A stretch of 32,000 bases of DNA from Xylanibacter ruminicola 23. Its GTDB lineage: Bacteria > Bacteroidota > Bacteroidia > Bacteroidales > Bacteroidaceae. Below, in pieces: positions 31,867 to 32,000 of this stretch. How positions within the stretch are numbered: the first letter of the stretch is position 1; every line of letters begins with the position of its first letter. Where the stretch lies: positions 3,150,001-3,182,000 of the forward strand of contig NC_014033.1 in assembly GCF_000025925.1 (NCBI RefSeq). The letters are read 5' to 3'. Under the pieces are notes generated by a model, which had not been told where the DNA came from, ran no database searches, and was given only the letters and a program-made list of their open reading frames with translations. A program made the position numbers and the translations under genes.

Positions 31867-32000
31867 CTACTCAAGATAGGTATATCCGTAGAGTCCTGAG
31901 CGGTAGTTAGAGAGGAATTCCTTACCCTCGTCCAAACTGATCTTGCCCTGCTTTACGCTCTTGGCAACCCAAACCTCCAGCTGGCGAACCAGCTTCTTGG
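31867..32000 (-). CDS. 3' end of an unidentified CDS continuing beyond the window
   Basis: The minus-strand frame is open from 32000 down to TAG (plus-strand cta at 31867-31869). It encodes ...KKLVRQLEVWVAKSVKQGKISLDEGKEFLSNYRSGLYGYTYLE*. It is too short to be in the ORF track and I cannot assign a family. Confidence 0.35.
   Translation of the reverse strand, partial: KKLVRQLEVWVAKSVKQGKISLDEGKEFLSNYRSGLYGYTYLE

Overview
Bacteroidales-type chromosomal segment, probably Prevotellaceae-like. This rests on TAnnTTTG -7 promoter boxes, a SusC/SusD pair, lipoprotein and signal peptides, and tightly packed operons. All family calls come from motifs I recognise by eye; no searches were run.

Left to right:
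(1) 3' end of a carbohydrate esterase, then a GPH-family MFS sugar symporter.
(2) A three-gene operon: TPR-like membrane sensor SpoIIE/PP2C phosphatase, a stand-alone secreted paralog of the GH51 N-terminal beta-sandwich domain, and a ThrRS-N/TGS-uridine kinase fusion.
(3) A ~2.3 kb AT-richer insert sitting between two near-identical terminator hairpins. It carries four in-phase 22-bp palindromic iteron-like repeats, a ~118-bp imperfect inverted repeat pair bracketing a VapE/VirE-like P-loop NTPase gene, and a small Cys-rich ORF.
(4) A polysaccharide utilisation locus. A minus-strand PfkB kinase-GH127-GH51 operon runs divergently from GH28-SusC-SusD.
(5) Directly after SusD: a periplasmic binding protein, a Cache-HAMP-SpoIIE sensor phosphatase, and a secreted histidine acid phosphatase.
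(6) S58/P1 peptidase, tRNA(CAT), ribF, and a CPBP protease.
(7) A minus-strand string: RsbW-like kinase, STAS antagonist, RelA/SpoT-domain synthetase (1-nt TAATG overlap with STAS), argB, ECF sigma, and a small anti-sigma-like membrane protein.

Main hypothesis: the window holds a complete but dispersed partner-switching circuit. It has two sensor phosphatases with different periplasmic inputs, each paired with a secreted binding protein, plus one kinase/STAS pair. Its gene-adjacent output is a RelA/SpoT-family nucleotide pyrophosphokinase rather than a sigma factor, and it is wrapped around a glycan-utilisation locus that lacks a canonical PUL regulator.

Second candidate: the iteron/inverted-repeat/VapE mini-module.
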